DNA of 62,630 bases, filler included, from Sphacelaria rigidula (Eukaryota), in NCBI GenBank assembly GCA_964200075.2. It is 6 parts of 6 records of this genome, joined end to end, with 100 filler letters (N's around TTAATTAATTAA, not from the genome) between each part and the next. Parts side by side here need not be neighbours in the genome. Positions count along the whole stretch, not along the records: positions 1 to 10,356 come from CAXNAA020006665.1; positions 10,457 to 20,812 come from CAXNAA020006666.1; 4 more parts are not named here. One strand, 5' to 3'. The notes under the pieces are model-generated. The model was not told the DNA's origin. It saw only the letters and a list, made by a program, of their open reading frames with translations, and did no database searches. Both the position numbers and the translations under genes were made by a program. Of this stretch, positions 1 through 12,849 are shown in pieces. Each line of letters starts with the position of its first letter. The first letter of the stretch is position 1.

Positions 1-84
1 GTTTTTGTGACCACAGAATACAATGTCGTACGTGTAGAATACACCAATTCTTCATTGCTATTTCTGGATCTCGCTGCTGCACAG

Positions 85-331
85 GCACAGGCGAGGCGTG
101 GCGTGCGATGCCGTGGCCGTCCAGCGGCGGGGGCAGCGGGTGACGGGAGGGCGAAGGAAGCATGCGAGATGTATGAGGAAAGTCACACATCGCAGGGACG
201 CTACTCGCACCCCTCACAGAGCTCAGGAGAACGATTGGCCCTCGAAGCAGTCCACCAGGAGGAGAACGTTCACGAAAGATCTCGGTGTCGATGCCGAGCA
301 GAAGGAGCAGGAGGGAAGGGAGGAAGACGAG
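85..331 (+). CDS. Putative internal exon of an unknown low-complexity, charged protein (gene A)
   Basis: CAG acceptor at 82-84 (alternative at 88-90). Open frame ends ...DAEQKEQEGREEDE at donor GAG|GTGTGT in phase 0, which matches the next exon. Confidence 0.45.
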
Positions 332-666
332 GTGTGTCTGTACATTATGCCTAGTCTTGTAGTGGCGTTGTTTTCATTGCGTTCATCGTCATTTTTTCTT
401 CCGAATAATATTTTGTGACTACGTGTTCGATTATTTCATGCATACTCACTCAACACCCTCCCCCCTCCTCCTCTCCCTTCCCCTAACCATGGTGTCGGCC
501 AAGCACTTGCTCCGTCCTCCTCTCGCAAAGATGATAATTACACACATATATGCACATACACACAAGAGATAGCACAAGCTCATGCTTCCCGCGGTTATCC
601 CCTGGAACCATGTGCCGCAACCATGTATCTCTGCTGTTGTTCTGTGTCATGTCTTCTTGTCTTCAG

Positions 667-740
667 GCTTGTCGCCTAGGTTCCGGGGAGGGGAAAAGGA
701 GCAGAGGACGGCGGTTTCCCTTCGCGGACGAGCTCGTCAG
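667..740 (+). CDS. Gene A exon (ACRLGSGEGKRSRGRRFPFADELV-R)
   Basis: Pyrimidine tract plus CAG acceptor, donor CAG|GTGCCA. Phase 0 in, phase 2 out. Confidence 0.5.
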
Positions 741-1962
741 GTGCCAAAATATGTTTTTTGCGTCACTTTCCGGTATTGGGTGGGCGAGAGCACCTCTCTC
801 TCTCTCTCTCTCCTTCTCCCTTCTGTTTTGACCCCTTGGTTTTCCTCACGTGCGACAGCTCAAACGCTGCTATCATGATTGAGTTTCAACAATTTGCTCA
901 CGTACGTCACACCGAATGTGCACCAGACTACACTGTAGTCATTCCCTAATCATCGCTGTCGTAGAAGGCCGTGGCGACCACGCACAACGATCGCCCCTGG
1001 CAAAGCAGAAGAAAACATTGCTAGCTAGCAGGTAGCTCTAAAGCTCTCTGGTGCCGAATTTAGAAACACAGCAGCAGTACAGACCGCTCTAGAAGGTGCT
1101 GTAGAGCGACACGCCGAACCTAAACTTGCACTCCACATGAAACGACCTACAACAATATCGGTCGTCGGAAGAGTGCGGGGACCAGATGCTCAGTTTTTGG
1201 CGAGCCACGATGTATACTGTGCGAGCTTGAAACGCAGCAATAAACTTGGGGGACAGAACACGCATGTCTCAGACCGATTATTCGAGCCACATTTCACGGT
1301 GTCATGCGCAGTTAGCGCCGAGATATCGCGCCATTCACGGCCAGACCTCGCTCGTTCAGCAGCAGATGTCGGGGTTCCAGTGGTATGAAATAGCTTCAAC
1401 GCGAACGCGCAACAGAAAAATCTCTATTGCGCAAAAAGAGAAGACCACCACATTACACCTCAAGATGCACCAAACATGATATGCTCGCTCTGACTTTCGG
1501 ATGCGGCCTGTGTGACCCCAGAGCCGGCCAGAATACATCATGCTGTTGATGGTGTGCGATTCTGCTATAAGATGTACCGTACAGTCCTATCCTGTCCTGT
1601 TTCGTGCTGTTGTATGGTGCAGTACACTACGGTGTTTCGCAGTCGACCGCAGACGACAGTACGCTTTACTGTACTGTTCCACATGGCCCTAGGTTGTACG
1701 ATCTTACCGTTGTGCCTCTTCCTTTTTCGCTTATTTTGACTTCTCAAATATTGAGACGAATTGATGAACTCATTTCTCACTCTTTTCTACTCTTCTGTGG
1801 TTGAAGACTGAGACTATGACGGGCACATGTCTCAGCTCTTTGTTTTCTTTCTCGCTCCTCATTTCTTTCTTGGTTTGTAAGTCCCCCCCGCCCCCCGCCG
1901 TACCCACCGTTTTCCTCAATATATGTTGGTCTTCTTTTTTAACTGACTAGCGTGTTTTACAG

Positions 1963-2041
1963 GGAGGAGCAGGAGGAGAAGGGTGAAGAGGAAGCAGAGC
2001 CAGAAACGGAGAACGGCAGAAATCCCCGAGAGTCTCGAGAG
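1963..2041 (+). CDS. Gene A exon (EEQEEKGEEEAEPETENGRNPRESRE)
   Basis: ACTGAC branch-like motif, TTTTACAG acceptor, donor GAG|GTGACT. Phase 2 in, phase 0 out, compatible with both neighbours. Confidence 0.55.
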
Positions 2042-2703
2042 GTGACTAATTTTCTTCGACTGTTTTGATTTACCCATCAATGGGGTGATGCGCTTGGTAT
2101 GTTCCAGTTTGTGCAACCACCAGTTGGATTTCCGTACACGGGTTGCTAAATAACGGTTGCGTAGGGTAAGGTACTCCCCAGTCGATATCTTAAGACCATA
2201 GAAAACTCAATACTGCTGCGAACACTCTGGGGACAAGACAGGGTACGTCAAATGTGATATCCTAGAGCAGCATCCCTCCATGTCTGCTGGCTTTATCATT
2301 CCCCCCCTCCCTTTTTTGTACACTCCCTTCCTTTTTCACCCCCCTCCTCCCTTGTCCACCCACTGAAGGTTGTAATGGTAGGTAAATGACCGGTGATAGT
2401 GATGTTGAGTCGCAATCATTTCTACGTTTGCAAACTGAGACAAATTCTTGCTGTATGTAGTAATATTGTTCTTATTAGGCGTCAAAGAGTCAAATTGGTG
2501 CAAGTGTGTGGAGGGCTCACCACGTCTTTACCTAGGCGCGCTGTCCTGATCTCGTGCTATAGTTGAAAAGCGTGCATATTTCTGTGCATTTTGCTCCGGT
2601 TGATGAATTTCATTTAACCTGCATCAAGTGTCCGGCTTGTTTTTGCCGATGCAGCAGTTGACACGTGCTCGCGGTGGGGTATGATGCAAAGTAGGGTATT
2701 TCG

Positions 2704-3127
2704 CAGGGAGGGATACGTGACACACGTGACACTTTTGAAAAAAACGGAGAAAACGTAACTTTGAGCCATTAAATGCTACGTAAGGTTTGATTTTTTGGAC
2801 GGGATAAATGCAACGTAACGTGATGTAACATGTGGACCTTAAAGCAGAGTCTCTTGGTGTTTTCTAGATGTAAAAAAAGGCTGTTTTTGTGAATTTTCAA
2901 CGTGACACGTGCCACGTGACATATTCACGGAAACAACCAGAGTTTGCGTCACATTTGGAAAGTAAAACGCCATGTTAGGGTTCATGCGGAAGACCACACG
3001 TTACATCACGTTACATTACATATGTCCCATCCAAAAAATAAAATCTTGCGTAGCGTTAAATGACTCAAAGTTACGTGTTTTGCGAATGTGTCACGTTAAA
3101 ACGTCAGGTGTCACGTATCCCTCCCTG
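2704..3127. mobile_element. Non-autonomous hAT-type MITE in an intron of gene A
   Basis: Perfect 20-bp TIR CAGGGAGGGATACGTGACAC (2704-2723 / 3108-3127), extended by imperfect inverted repeats to ~130 bp. Perfect 8-bp TSD GTATTTCG at 2696-2703 and 3128-3135. CAG..CTG ends with an 8-bp TSD are typical of hAT. Confidence 0.88.
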
Positions 3128-3473
3128 GTATTTCGAGGTCTCGATACCCTGAATAAGTGAGACTCCGGGGTATTTTCGACGGTCGATGCCCTGCGTCCCC
3201 TGGATTGCCGATTGTTTTCGGCAGTCAATACAGTAGCCTGCGTCCAGTCGAGTACCGGGTACTCTACGACTCCGAGTACCGTGCCCCGGGATGACGGGTA
3301 TCCCAGAATATGTACCATACTTGGAGCACCTTTCTCGCTATTGGACAGGGTGCGTATAGCCTGAACCTGTGTGTTTACCCTCTATCTTCGCCTAAATTAT
3401 CTTGTTGGCTGCACTCAATGACTGCCCCTTGTATCTGATGTTACAATTGAATAACGTAAATACGTATGCCCAG

Positions 3474-3601
3474 GCCAAGTCGAAAAGAGGGTGGAACCCA
3501 GGGGCGCGGGCAGAAGGGTACGTGGTGGTGGATCTGGTCAAGCGATCCCTTGCTATGGGAAAGGCTCCAAAAGCAAGGGCTAGGACCCGCAGGCACGGGC
3601 G
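3474..3601 (+). CDS. Gene A exon (AKSKRGWNPGARAEGYVVVDLVKRSLAMGKAPKARARTRRHG-R)
   Basis: CCCAG acceptor and consensus donor CG|GTAAGT. Phase 0 in, phase 2 out. Confidence 0.55.
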
Positions 3602-4267
3602 GTAAGTCTCGAAGGGAAATGTGTGGATGGGTCGGTCGGTCGGTTGGCTTGGTTGATCGAGTGATTGGCTTCAGGTAATTAGTCCTGCCGACTGTGGTGG
3701 TAACAATGTTGCCAACAAACCATGAGTTCGCTCTCGCCGTTTGATCGATCGATGATTGCGTCGATCGTAGCGGATCCAACCCAAATCTAGCCGTAGTCGA
3801 AATATGATGCACGTACGTGCTCGAGGCGAAGGAGCCCAAACACTTCGCTGAAGGAAGGTCGAGTGCGGTATTGCTCGCGCGGTATTGTGTAACGAAATTA
3901 TACGCTGCACTGCCGTGTGACATACCACAATACCCTGTGCTGTGCCGTATCATGCCATAATACCTTGCGCTCCGATACGACGCTCTCCTTCAAGCCCATA
4001 ACATGGGACTCTACACACAGACAGCATGCCTTCGTAACGCGGTACACCTCACGATTCACGCTGAACCAACATCAAAATGGCCCCATTCTCGTAAAGCCTT
4101 ATGCAACGCGAAACGCTTCCCAAGGGGCCGCTGGCAAGACTACATCAGCAAGCAACAAAACAATTCAACATGCAAATGACCGACCGCTTGAACTATAACC
4201 ACGCAATGCTGTACGAGTCGAACGTCAACTCTTTGCGTTGGGTTTTGATTTGTTTCGTCTATCCTAG

Positions 4268-4382
4268 TTTCGACCACCTGCCCCAGATTGCTGTTGGTGA
4301 GTCCATACCATGGGTTGGAGGGATTGTCAAGGGCTCAACCAACCCATCTCTGCCTGGGTACCTGCTGGAAGCATTGATGTAG
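4268..4382 (+). CDS. Possible terminal exon of gene A (FDHLPQIAVG...LLEALM*)
   Basis: T-rich tract plus CCTAG acceptor, phase-2 compatible. A strong internal donor (G|GTGAGT at ~4297) could instead make it a short internal exon. Confidence 0.3.
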
Positions 4383-5079
4383 AGCACCCAACCAGCGCTC
4401 TCGCGGCCTTTCCCCACCCCAATACAAGAGTACCAACAAGGCGCGGGATGAAAACAATGAGCGCTCTCCAAGCAAGGCCTTCGTCCATACCAACTAAACC
4501 CCAGCCCCTCACCCTGCCCTGTTGAGGGAGAGTTGGGTAGATGGATCGATCCTTAAGATGACGAACTGATACCGAAGAAAGCACCAGAGGGAATAATCAC
4601 TTGAGTACCCACGGTGGACGCGTGGTTATGACAGTTGCGTTTTCAGGAATAGTGATGCTGATTCGATAGATGGACACATGGTCTCGATCAAGGGGTCAAG
4701 ATTGCAGTATGACCAAGAGAAAATGAGTGAACATCCAGCAGCTGAACACCCCTTCCGATTCCCTCATCTCCCCTACCGCGCCATCCTATCGTGTCGTTAG
4801 CTGGTGCTCAGCTCGGTTTGGAGGTCGCCGGTAATATTCGATGTCTTCCACGGTGTGCGGTACGATGCTGGCCATCACTGTGGATGTCGGCGTTTCACGA
4901 GATGCCGCATGTATCGTCTAGGTTGACAGGTTGTGATGGCGATGGCGGTGGCGATCTTAGTGTATGGTGGTGGACGTCCTGCGATATATCAGATCGTCTG
5001 TGATCTAATGGTGCAAACGCAACATGGAAGCAGGAACTGTTGAAAACGATGTCCTTATCATTACATGCAATAGGATGCA

Positions 5080-8000
5080 TCTCGTGTTCTTGAGCTTGTA
5101 GCTTCGAATTGGGGACAATGTTGGCCCGTTTGGTCGTGTGATGATTCATGGCGGACGTCGGGTGGGTTCGATGTGATCGCAGCCCATGAACTGTCAAGAG
5201 CGGTGCTTGACCCTTGCACACACACCTTGTATGAGCGTAAACGCAGTGGATGGGTAGAACACGAGGCGCTATCACGTGGAGAGTGTAGCATTGTGTGAGC
5301 TACAGTAGCTCTTCCATGGTCCACTTACGGAGAAAAGGCTATGGTACAATAGCTGAGATTTGGATTCTTCTGCACCAAGGCACTTTGCTTGTAGGGGCAA
5401 TCGAGCTCGGGAGTTACTGTCGCTATGGTTGACTATGGTACACGTCGTGGCGGGCGGAAGTAGTTGCGTAGGGGCAGCGGGGGGAAAGGGCTTGCTCGTG
5501 TAGAGGGAGCCGGAGTTGGAACCTAGCTTCGCCCGGGGTGATGTACCACGTATATCGTCTATGGTACGCCTCATGACAGGTGTATTTGTCGCTTGAGGGT
5601 GAGAAGCGCGAGGGTGGGCTTTGCTTGCGGAGAAAATTGACCTCGTGATGTTTCGTCGCTCTGGGTGTGACTCCGCATATTCCTCCTTATATGCGTCATG
5701 GTTGGCAGAATTTCGTGTATGGCAGAGGTTGGAGGCCTTGGGGGGCAAGGTGGCTCATGCGAAGTCGAGTTTGGTGTTCGATGTCGTCCTGGTGGCATAC
5801 GCGTGGGAGTGGAAGCTAGTGGAGAAGGAGGGCACGCTTGTTGAGAAAATGCGGCGTGATAGTTGCTTTCGCCCTGGGTGGTGTACACCGTATTTCGCAT
5901 ACCATATGTCCGGTAGTAAGCGGGGTTTGCAGCGGAAGGGGGTCCGGGGACCTGGGACGGGAGTGGTGGGTTGTTGGGGAAGTCAAACTTGGGATTTGTC
6001 GGCGGCCTCGCGGCCTACGCGAGGGAGCGGGGACAGGGAAGAGAGTTCGATGGCGAAAATGGAGTCGAGGGTGGGGTTCGTTGTCACCTAGGCAATTCAT
6101 GCAGTGGCAGGAGGGTGGGGAAAAAGAGAGCTTGCTTGTGACGTAAATAGACGTCTGCACTTCTCCTCGTCCTGCGAGGTATACTCCGTGCTATCACCTA
6201 TGGTATAGCACGCACCAGACCGATTATACGCAGGACGAGGGGCGGCGGGCAAGGGGTGAGGGCTCGCTTGCGTACGACTTCGAAGTTAGAACTTGCTGTT
6301 CGCCCTGCGTGGTGCACACGTGAGAGGGCAGGCGAGGAAGGGAGAGGGCTAGCTCTTGGAAGAAATGGGGGCTTGAGATTTTTCTGGCGCCCGAGGTGAG
6401 GTATTCCGTATGTCATCTATGGTATGCCGCGAGGCGGGCCTAGTTGGCACGCGGAGACAAGGGGGGTGAGGAGCAGGGCTCGCGTGTTCCAGAAGTCAAG
6501 GTTGGGACTCGTTGTCGCCTTGGGTGGTGTAGGCACGAGGCGGCAGACACAGATGGGAGAGGACCGCCTCGTGAAGGGAGTCGAGGTCGGGCTTTGTTGG
6601 AGCCCTGAGTGAAGTACCCCGGATATCATGTGTGGTATGCCGCGTGACGGGCGGAGCTGCTATATGATTGTGGAGGAGGGGGGGGGGGCAGAGCCCGCAT
6701 GTTGGGGACGCAGGAGTTCGGATTCGTTGTCGCCCTGCGTGGTGTATACGAGAGAGGCAGGCGGGGGTGGGACAGGGCCGTGTCATGGAAGTAGTGAAGC
6801 TTGGGACTGGTGTGGCCCCCTGGTGATGTAGACCTGAGAGGGCAGGGGGGGTATGGGGGAGGGCTGGCTTGTGCAGAAAGTCGAGCTCGGGATTCGTTGG
6901 TACCCTGGGTGAAGTACCCCATATGTCACTCATGGTACGCCGCGCGGCGGGAAGAATTAGACGTATGGGGGTCGGGGAGGAAAAGTGACAGCGCTTGTTC
7001 GTTATGCATGACAATTTCAACGATAGCCCCCCCTCCCAAACCAGCCCAAAATTGTCACGAAGACGATGGTCATACAGCCCCTGATGTTTGGTGTCAGGCT
7101 GCATGAAGCGGCTCATGGAGGCGACATAGGCGAAAACGAATCCAAGCGTAGGATTTCTCAGCTGCTCGTTGTACTCGGCTTTTTTCATTTCAATTCAGGT
7201 GTAGATCTTGCCTCCCCAAACCAGCCGCTTTTTGCGGGGGGGGGGTTATCGTAGAAAGTGTGGCAAGTAGAGTTTGGGATTCGTTGTCGCCCTAGTGTTG
7301 GAGGCGTGAGAGGGCAGGCGGGGATGGCAGAGGGTTGGCTCGTGACGAAATGAGGTTGCGATTGTTCGGCGAGCTGAGCTAGGTACTCCGTATGTAGCGT
7401 ATGATGTGCCACGTGGCAGACGGAATCGACGTGTGTGGGATGGAAGGGGGGGGGACAGGGCTTGGTTGCTCAGGAGGTAGAGGTTGGGCTCCGTTGTCGC
7501 CCCGGTGGTGTACGCTTGAGAGGGCAGGATGGGGAGGGAGGAGGCTGGGTCATGGAGAAATAGAGCTTGGGATTCATTGGCCCCTTGAGTGAGATACTCT
7601 GTATATAGGGTATGGTATGTCGCGTGGCCGGCGGAGTTGATGGGTGTGGGATGGGAAGGAGAGGGGGCAGCGCTTGCTTGCTGAGGAAGTAGAGTTTGGA
7701 TGGGACGGAAGAGCGCTGGTTCGTGGAGAAAGTTGAGGTTCTGGTTTCGTGGCGCCTTGGGCGAGGAACTCCGTATGTGGCCTATAGTGCGACGTGGCGG
7801 GCGACGTTGACGTATGGAGGTGGAAAGAGGAGGGAACAGGGCTCACTCGTTGGGGACGGCTGTCGCCCTGGGTGTCGCTTGGGAGGGCAGGCGGGGATGG
7901 GGGAGGGCTGACTCGGAGAGAAGTAGATCTTGGGATGTATCAGCACCGCGAGTGAAGTACTGCGTGTAGGACCCAGGATATGCCGTGCGGCGGGCGGCGT

Positions 8001-9560
8001 TGACGTGTGTGGGATGGGAAGGAGGAGGGCACAGGGCTTGCTTGCCGAGGAAGTAGAGTTCAGATGAGACGGAAGAGCGCTGGTTCGTGGAGAAAGTAGA
8101 AGTTCTGGTTTTCGTGGCGCCTTGGGCGAGGAACTCCGTGTGTGGCCTATGGTGCAACGCGGCGGGCGACGTTGACGTATGCGGATCGGAAGATGACGGA
8201 ACAGGGCTCACTCGTTGGGATCCGTTGCCGCCCTGGGTGTCGCTTGGGAGGGCAGGCGAGGATGAGGGAGGACTGACTTGGGGAGGAGTAGAGCTTGGGA
8301 TGTATCAGCACCGCGAGTGAAGTACTGCGTGTAGGACCCAGGATATGCCGCGTGGCGGGCGGCGTTGGCGTGTGTGGGATGGGAAGGAGGGGGGGCAGCG
8401 CTTGCTTGCTGAGGAAGTAGAGTTCAGATGAGACAGAAGAGCGCTGGTTCGTGGAGAAAGTAGAGGTTCTGGTTTTCGTGGCGCCTTGGGGAAGGAACTC
8501 CGTGTGTGGCCTATGGCGCGGCGTGGCGGGCGACGTTGACGTATGCGGGTCGGAAGATGACGGAACAGGGCTGGCTCGTTGGGGTCGGCTGTCGCCCTGG
8601 TGGTCGCTTGGGAGGGCAGGCGGGGCTGGGGGAGGGCTGACTCGGGGAGAAGTAGAGCTTGGGATGTATCAGCACCGCGAGTGAAGTACTGCGTGTAGGA
8701 CCTAGGATATGCCGCGTGACGGGCGGAGTTGACGTGTGTGGGATGGGAAGGAGGGGGGGCAGGTCTTGCTTGCTGAGGAAGTAGAGTTTAGATGGGACGC
8801 AAGAGGGCTGGTTCGTGGAGAAAGTGGAGGTTCTGATTTGTGTGGCGCCTTGGGGGAGGGACTCCGTATGTGGCCTATGGCCTATGGTGCGGCGTGGCGG
8901 GCGACGTAGACGAATGGCGGTGGGAAGAGGAAAGACCAGGGCTGGCTCGTTGGGGGAGTAGAAGTTGGGGTCCGCTGTCGCCCTGGTGGTTGCTTGGGAG
9001 GGCAGGCGGGGCTGGGGGAGGGCTGACTTGAGGAGAAGTAGAGCTTGGGATGTATCAGCACTGCGAGTGAAGTACTGCGTGTAAGACCTAGGATATGCCG
9101 CGTGACGGGCGGCGTTGGCGTGTGTGGAATGGGAAGCGGGGCACAGGTCTTGCTTGCTGAGGAGGTAGAGGTCGGGATCCGTTGTTTCCCCGGTGGTGTA
9201 CGCGTGAGGAGGCCGGATGGGAAGGAAGGGGGCGAGGTCGTGAAGAAAGTGTATGTTCTGATTTGTGTGGCCTATGATATGCTACGTAGCGGGCGGCGTT
9301 GGCGTATGCGGGTGGGGCACGGGGGGCAGGGCTTGCTTGTTAAGGAAGTCGATGTTGGGATCCGTTGTCGCCTTCGTGGTGCACGCGCGAGTGGACAGGC
9401 GGGGATGGGGGAGGGCTGGTTCGTGGAGAAAGCCGAGGTTAGAATTTGATGATGCCGTGCAAAGGGTACTCCGTATATGACGAATGGTGTATGGAGGTGG
9501 AGAAGGGGAGAAAGTGCTGCTTACTTGTTGAGGGAGTCGAAGTTGGGATCCGTTGTTCCC
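5080..9560. repeat. Modular G-rich tandem repeat region with a best-conserved ~365-bp period at ~7600-9150
   Basis: Marker GTATCAGCAC..GAGTGAAGTACTGCGTGTA at 7937, 8302, 8666 and 9052. Shorter modules (GAGGGCAGGCGGGG, GAAGTAGAGCTTGGGAT, CGTTGTCGCCCT) recur in degenerate form from ~5080 to 9560. Confidence 0.85.
7010..7262 (+). mobile_element. ~250-bp MITE, family M1, inserted into the G-rich array
   Basis: TIR GACAATTTCAACGATAGCCCCCC / GGGGTTATCGTAGAAAGTGTG, flanks GCAT/GCAA. Body homologous to 15961-16214 and 30001-30269. Confidence 0.8.
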
Positions 9561-10356
9561 CTGCGTGGTTATTATTGTTGTCATTATGTTCGTCACATTA
9601 GCTCGATCTCTCGAACACGTGGTCACAGAGCGCAAGGAGCATACCACTCATATCCATAAATCAAACAGCCTGCAGAGAAAGGCAAGGAATAAGACATGTA
9701 CACGAATAAGGGCACCTACACTATGAGAGATCTGTATAAGACCAACTGAACTACAGGAGACCTGCGGGAATCTAAAAGTCGTCGCGTGCGATCTCTCCGA
9801 CTACCCTGCCACGTACTGATGTACACACAGAGTAGTAACAGCTGGTGAGCCGATAACCGAAATTGTCGTGCAGAATAGACACCAATCCCGAAATAGATCT
9901 GCTGTCTAGAGTGTTGTTCAAAGAGATCCTCTACAGACCCTACGCACCGGAGACTGATCAATGTCAGATATGAAGATCCAACAAAGACAAGAAGAACAAC
10001 AAAAGGAAAACCCGATGGCAACGAGGAGGGAAGGCCAGGAACTACGATCTCCCTCGGGTTTTCGTCAAGTAGCATCGTTATGTAAACACAACAGACAGAG
10101 CGTGTCTAGCCTACACACGGCAAAGCGATATTAGCAAAATCAGACTCTGTTCAGAGTGTCCTATATTCGAACATGAAAACATGGGATACTATCTGTGTAT
10201 ATATTATTCACAACAAACAACTACTTTCGATTTATATCAAAAACACAACAGAAAAATATTATTCCGCCCTCAACGAAATTAGCTGCCTGCTCTGAGTCAT
10301 CCTACGATAGGGGGGGGGGAGGGGCACTTTCTTTGTTTATTCCTTTATTCTTTTGA

Positions 10357-10456
10357 NNNNNNNNNNNNNNNNNNNNNNNNNNNNNNNNNNNNNNNNNNNN
10401 TTAATTAATTAANNNNNNNNNNNNNNNNNNNNNNNNNNNNNNNNNNNNNNNNNNNN
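10357..10456. other. Artificial contig-joining spacer N44-TTAATTAATTAA-N44
   Basis: Identical 100-bp spacer with a stop-in-all-frames core recurs five times at ~10.45-kb intervals. Confidence 0.97.
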
Positions 10457-10823
10457 CCCCCCCCTGGGGGCGCCCGCCCGAGGGGGCGCGGGGGGGGCGC
10501 CGCGGGGGCGCGGGTGAGCGAGGGGTGGGGGGGGGGGGGGGGGGGGCTATCGTAGAAAGTGTCCTGACGAGGACAGACCAACAACCTTTGCCAGTAGTTT
10601 CAGAACGGAAAATGATGCTACCTATCTACGGTGCGTACGGCCCCCTGTAGATACACAACAATCAAATAAATCGATTCACTGAATCCCCTTTTTTGGTTTT
10701 CAACGTGCTTCTGCGTTGGAATTGCTTTTCAATTGTACTGAATTTATGCACGCACTTTTCTGATTACCCCTCCGCCCCCCCACACACACTGCCCTCAGGA
10801 TGAGTTGCACTGCGAGTACAACA

Positions 10824-10920
10824 TTGTTATTATTATAAGTGTTTCCGCACATTAGTCCAATCTCTCGAACCCATGGTTACAGACGTAGGCTCGTCTTCCC
10901 AATACCGTCCCTCCTATTCC
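10824..10920 (-). mobile_element. Non-LTR retroposon 3' end with (TAA)n tail
   Basis: (TTA)n-TTTCCGCACATTAGTCC.ATC..CGAACCC.TGGT motif, also at 11507-11667, ~9568-9640 and 62556-62630. Confidence 0.6.
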
Positions 10921-11506
10921 GTACAATACATAGAGTCCTCCATCATTTGTTTCGAGACTCCAACCTAATTACAAGAGAACAAACAACAATAAACTATAAT
11001 ATTTCCGAAATGGAAATAAGAAGAGAAACGCCAAGAAAAACAGCAAAAACCCAGTTACAAATCGCCGTCTGGCGACGGATAGCCGAAGGCATTGAATGCT
11101 GTTCATCACGAAAACATCTTCTTCCTACATACGCAGCAAGGTACTAGGGCGAACCGGAAGGATCGTCATCATTACGGGTACGAATACCCCCCTTATCCGA
11201 CCCTCCTGAGCAGAAACAGAGTACACCATATACCCCGTGAATTTATCTAAACACGCCAGGTGGTGGGCGCAGAGGGAAGAATGCGGGGAAACGCTCCGTA
11301 CTCGGCACTGACCTCGAACATCCACTCTTCAGACGCCTGTCGGGAGAAGGCGGAACTTTAGGTACCAAGGTGCCCCCGATTGGCGTTGCGGCATTGAGGT
11401 GGGTGCCTTACGCGCTTATGGAGACGACCTGCGTTTTTATCGTTCCAGAGCTTGTGTTTTCTCCGCGTTTCGCAGAAGTAGTCGAGGTACATTTGACTGC
11501 GGTTCC

Positions 11507-11667
11507 ATTATTATTATTATTATCATTATCATCATTATTGTTATTATTATTATTGTTATTAATACCATCATCATCATCATCATTATTATTTCCGCACATT
11601 AGTCCGATCCCGCGAACCCGTGGTCATAGACGTAGACTCGCCTTTTCAATACCGTCTCTGCTGTTCT
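11507..11667 (-). mobile_element. Non-LTR retroposon 3' end with degenerate (TAA/TGA)n tail
   Basis: Same motif as 10824-10920, preceded by a long TTA/TCA microsatellite. Confidence 0.62.
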
Positions 11668-12654
11668 TTACAAGACATATTACCAAAAATAACAATAAGA
11701 AAAGCGACTAGACCTGGTCAACGCTAAATGAGCCGCCGTATTGTCCACACAATAGCTGCAGGATATCCGTGACAATGCACCCCTGAACTGAACCCTAAAT
11801 GCTTTTACATGGAAGATTTTTCAAAGAACCTGTTGGAGAGAAAGCCAATAACGCCTCCTCAGTAACGGCAACGATCTTGTAATCTTCCCGCTTCCCGCGC
11901 CTCCTTTGTTATCTTCACAGACGGCCATTGCCGATGCCCCACAAGAATTTTCGAATCATTCTCGTGTCGAACGATCGCGGAACCCGCGAGCGAGTCGGTT
12001 GTCAAAGCTTCGCTATGGGGGAGGGAACCGTCTTTTGGTGGAGACCTGCTCCTACAAGCTGCAGTCAAACCAGAGAAGGCGAATCGCCCAACGGTAGGGA
12101 GAAGTTGGGATGTGTAGACTGCCTCAACACACGTCATACTTGAATGGGTCGGGGGGGGGGGGGACTTGCCAAGGCAACCACAAAAAGCTACATATAGATC
12201 TCGCTCGAGTTTGGGGTTGCACTGCTACCATGCCTTGTGCAGTGTCGTGTAATGTACTGTAAGTTCCACAGTAGTACCGGGGGTTATGCCAGTTCATATA
12301 TTCTGCGAGATGGGGAAGATGACTGTCTTCCCGGAAACCCTTCAGAATCTCCAATCGTTCGACGATTCTATCAGATTCATTGTGATGGCCTCAGCAACAC
12401 GTGGCAACCTCCCCTTCCCCGCCCACGAGTGAAGGAGCAGTTTGCGCTATAATTTGAATTGTTCTCTACTCCATGTGTACATATATCCATGTTTAAAAAC
12501 TGCACTGACTATTTATTTCTGTGCTTTGCTTTTGTTGACTTTTTTTCATTTATTTGTTTCACGTCTTCGTCTATACTATAACATGTGGTTATGTTCGACT
12601 TTTTTTGCCTCCCTCCTTTTCTTCAGCGAGTGTTTCAGTTTTGCTTTTTTTGGG

Positions 12655-12740
12655 TACGTATATCATGTGACCACGGATGGATCATGACTACCTGGGGGGT
12701 CAGTTAAAGTGCGACAATCAATCAAAATCAAAAATCAAAA
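12655..12740 (+). mobile_element. Retroposon 3' end with a (CAAT/CAAA)n tail
   Basis: CATGTGACCACGG.TGGATC...GGGGGGTCA.TT.AAGTGCG.CAATCAATC, also at ~22850-22917. Related tails at ~28440-28500 and ~50935-51035. Confidence 0.55.
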
Positions 12741-12849
12741 CTGACTGATTCGTGTGCAAGTTGCGATGGATGCTTAACTCATCAAAAGCCATGACAATAG
12801 ATCACCTCACCCCCCGTAGGGAGTGGGGTAGTCTTCAAACTATGGTATT

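Noticed and set aside
5272..9659. Many G/P/R-rich ORFs
   Set aside because: They arise from the G-rich repeat and the inserted MITE.
11370..11711. Poly-Leu/Ile/Asn ORFs resembling membrane proteins
   Set aside because: They are translations of a TTA/TCA microsatellite.
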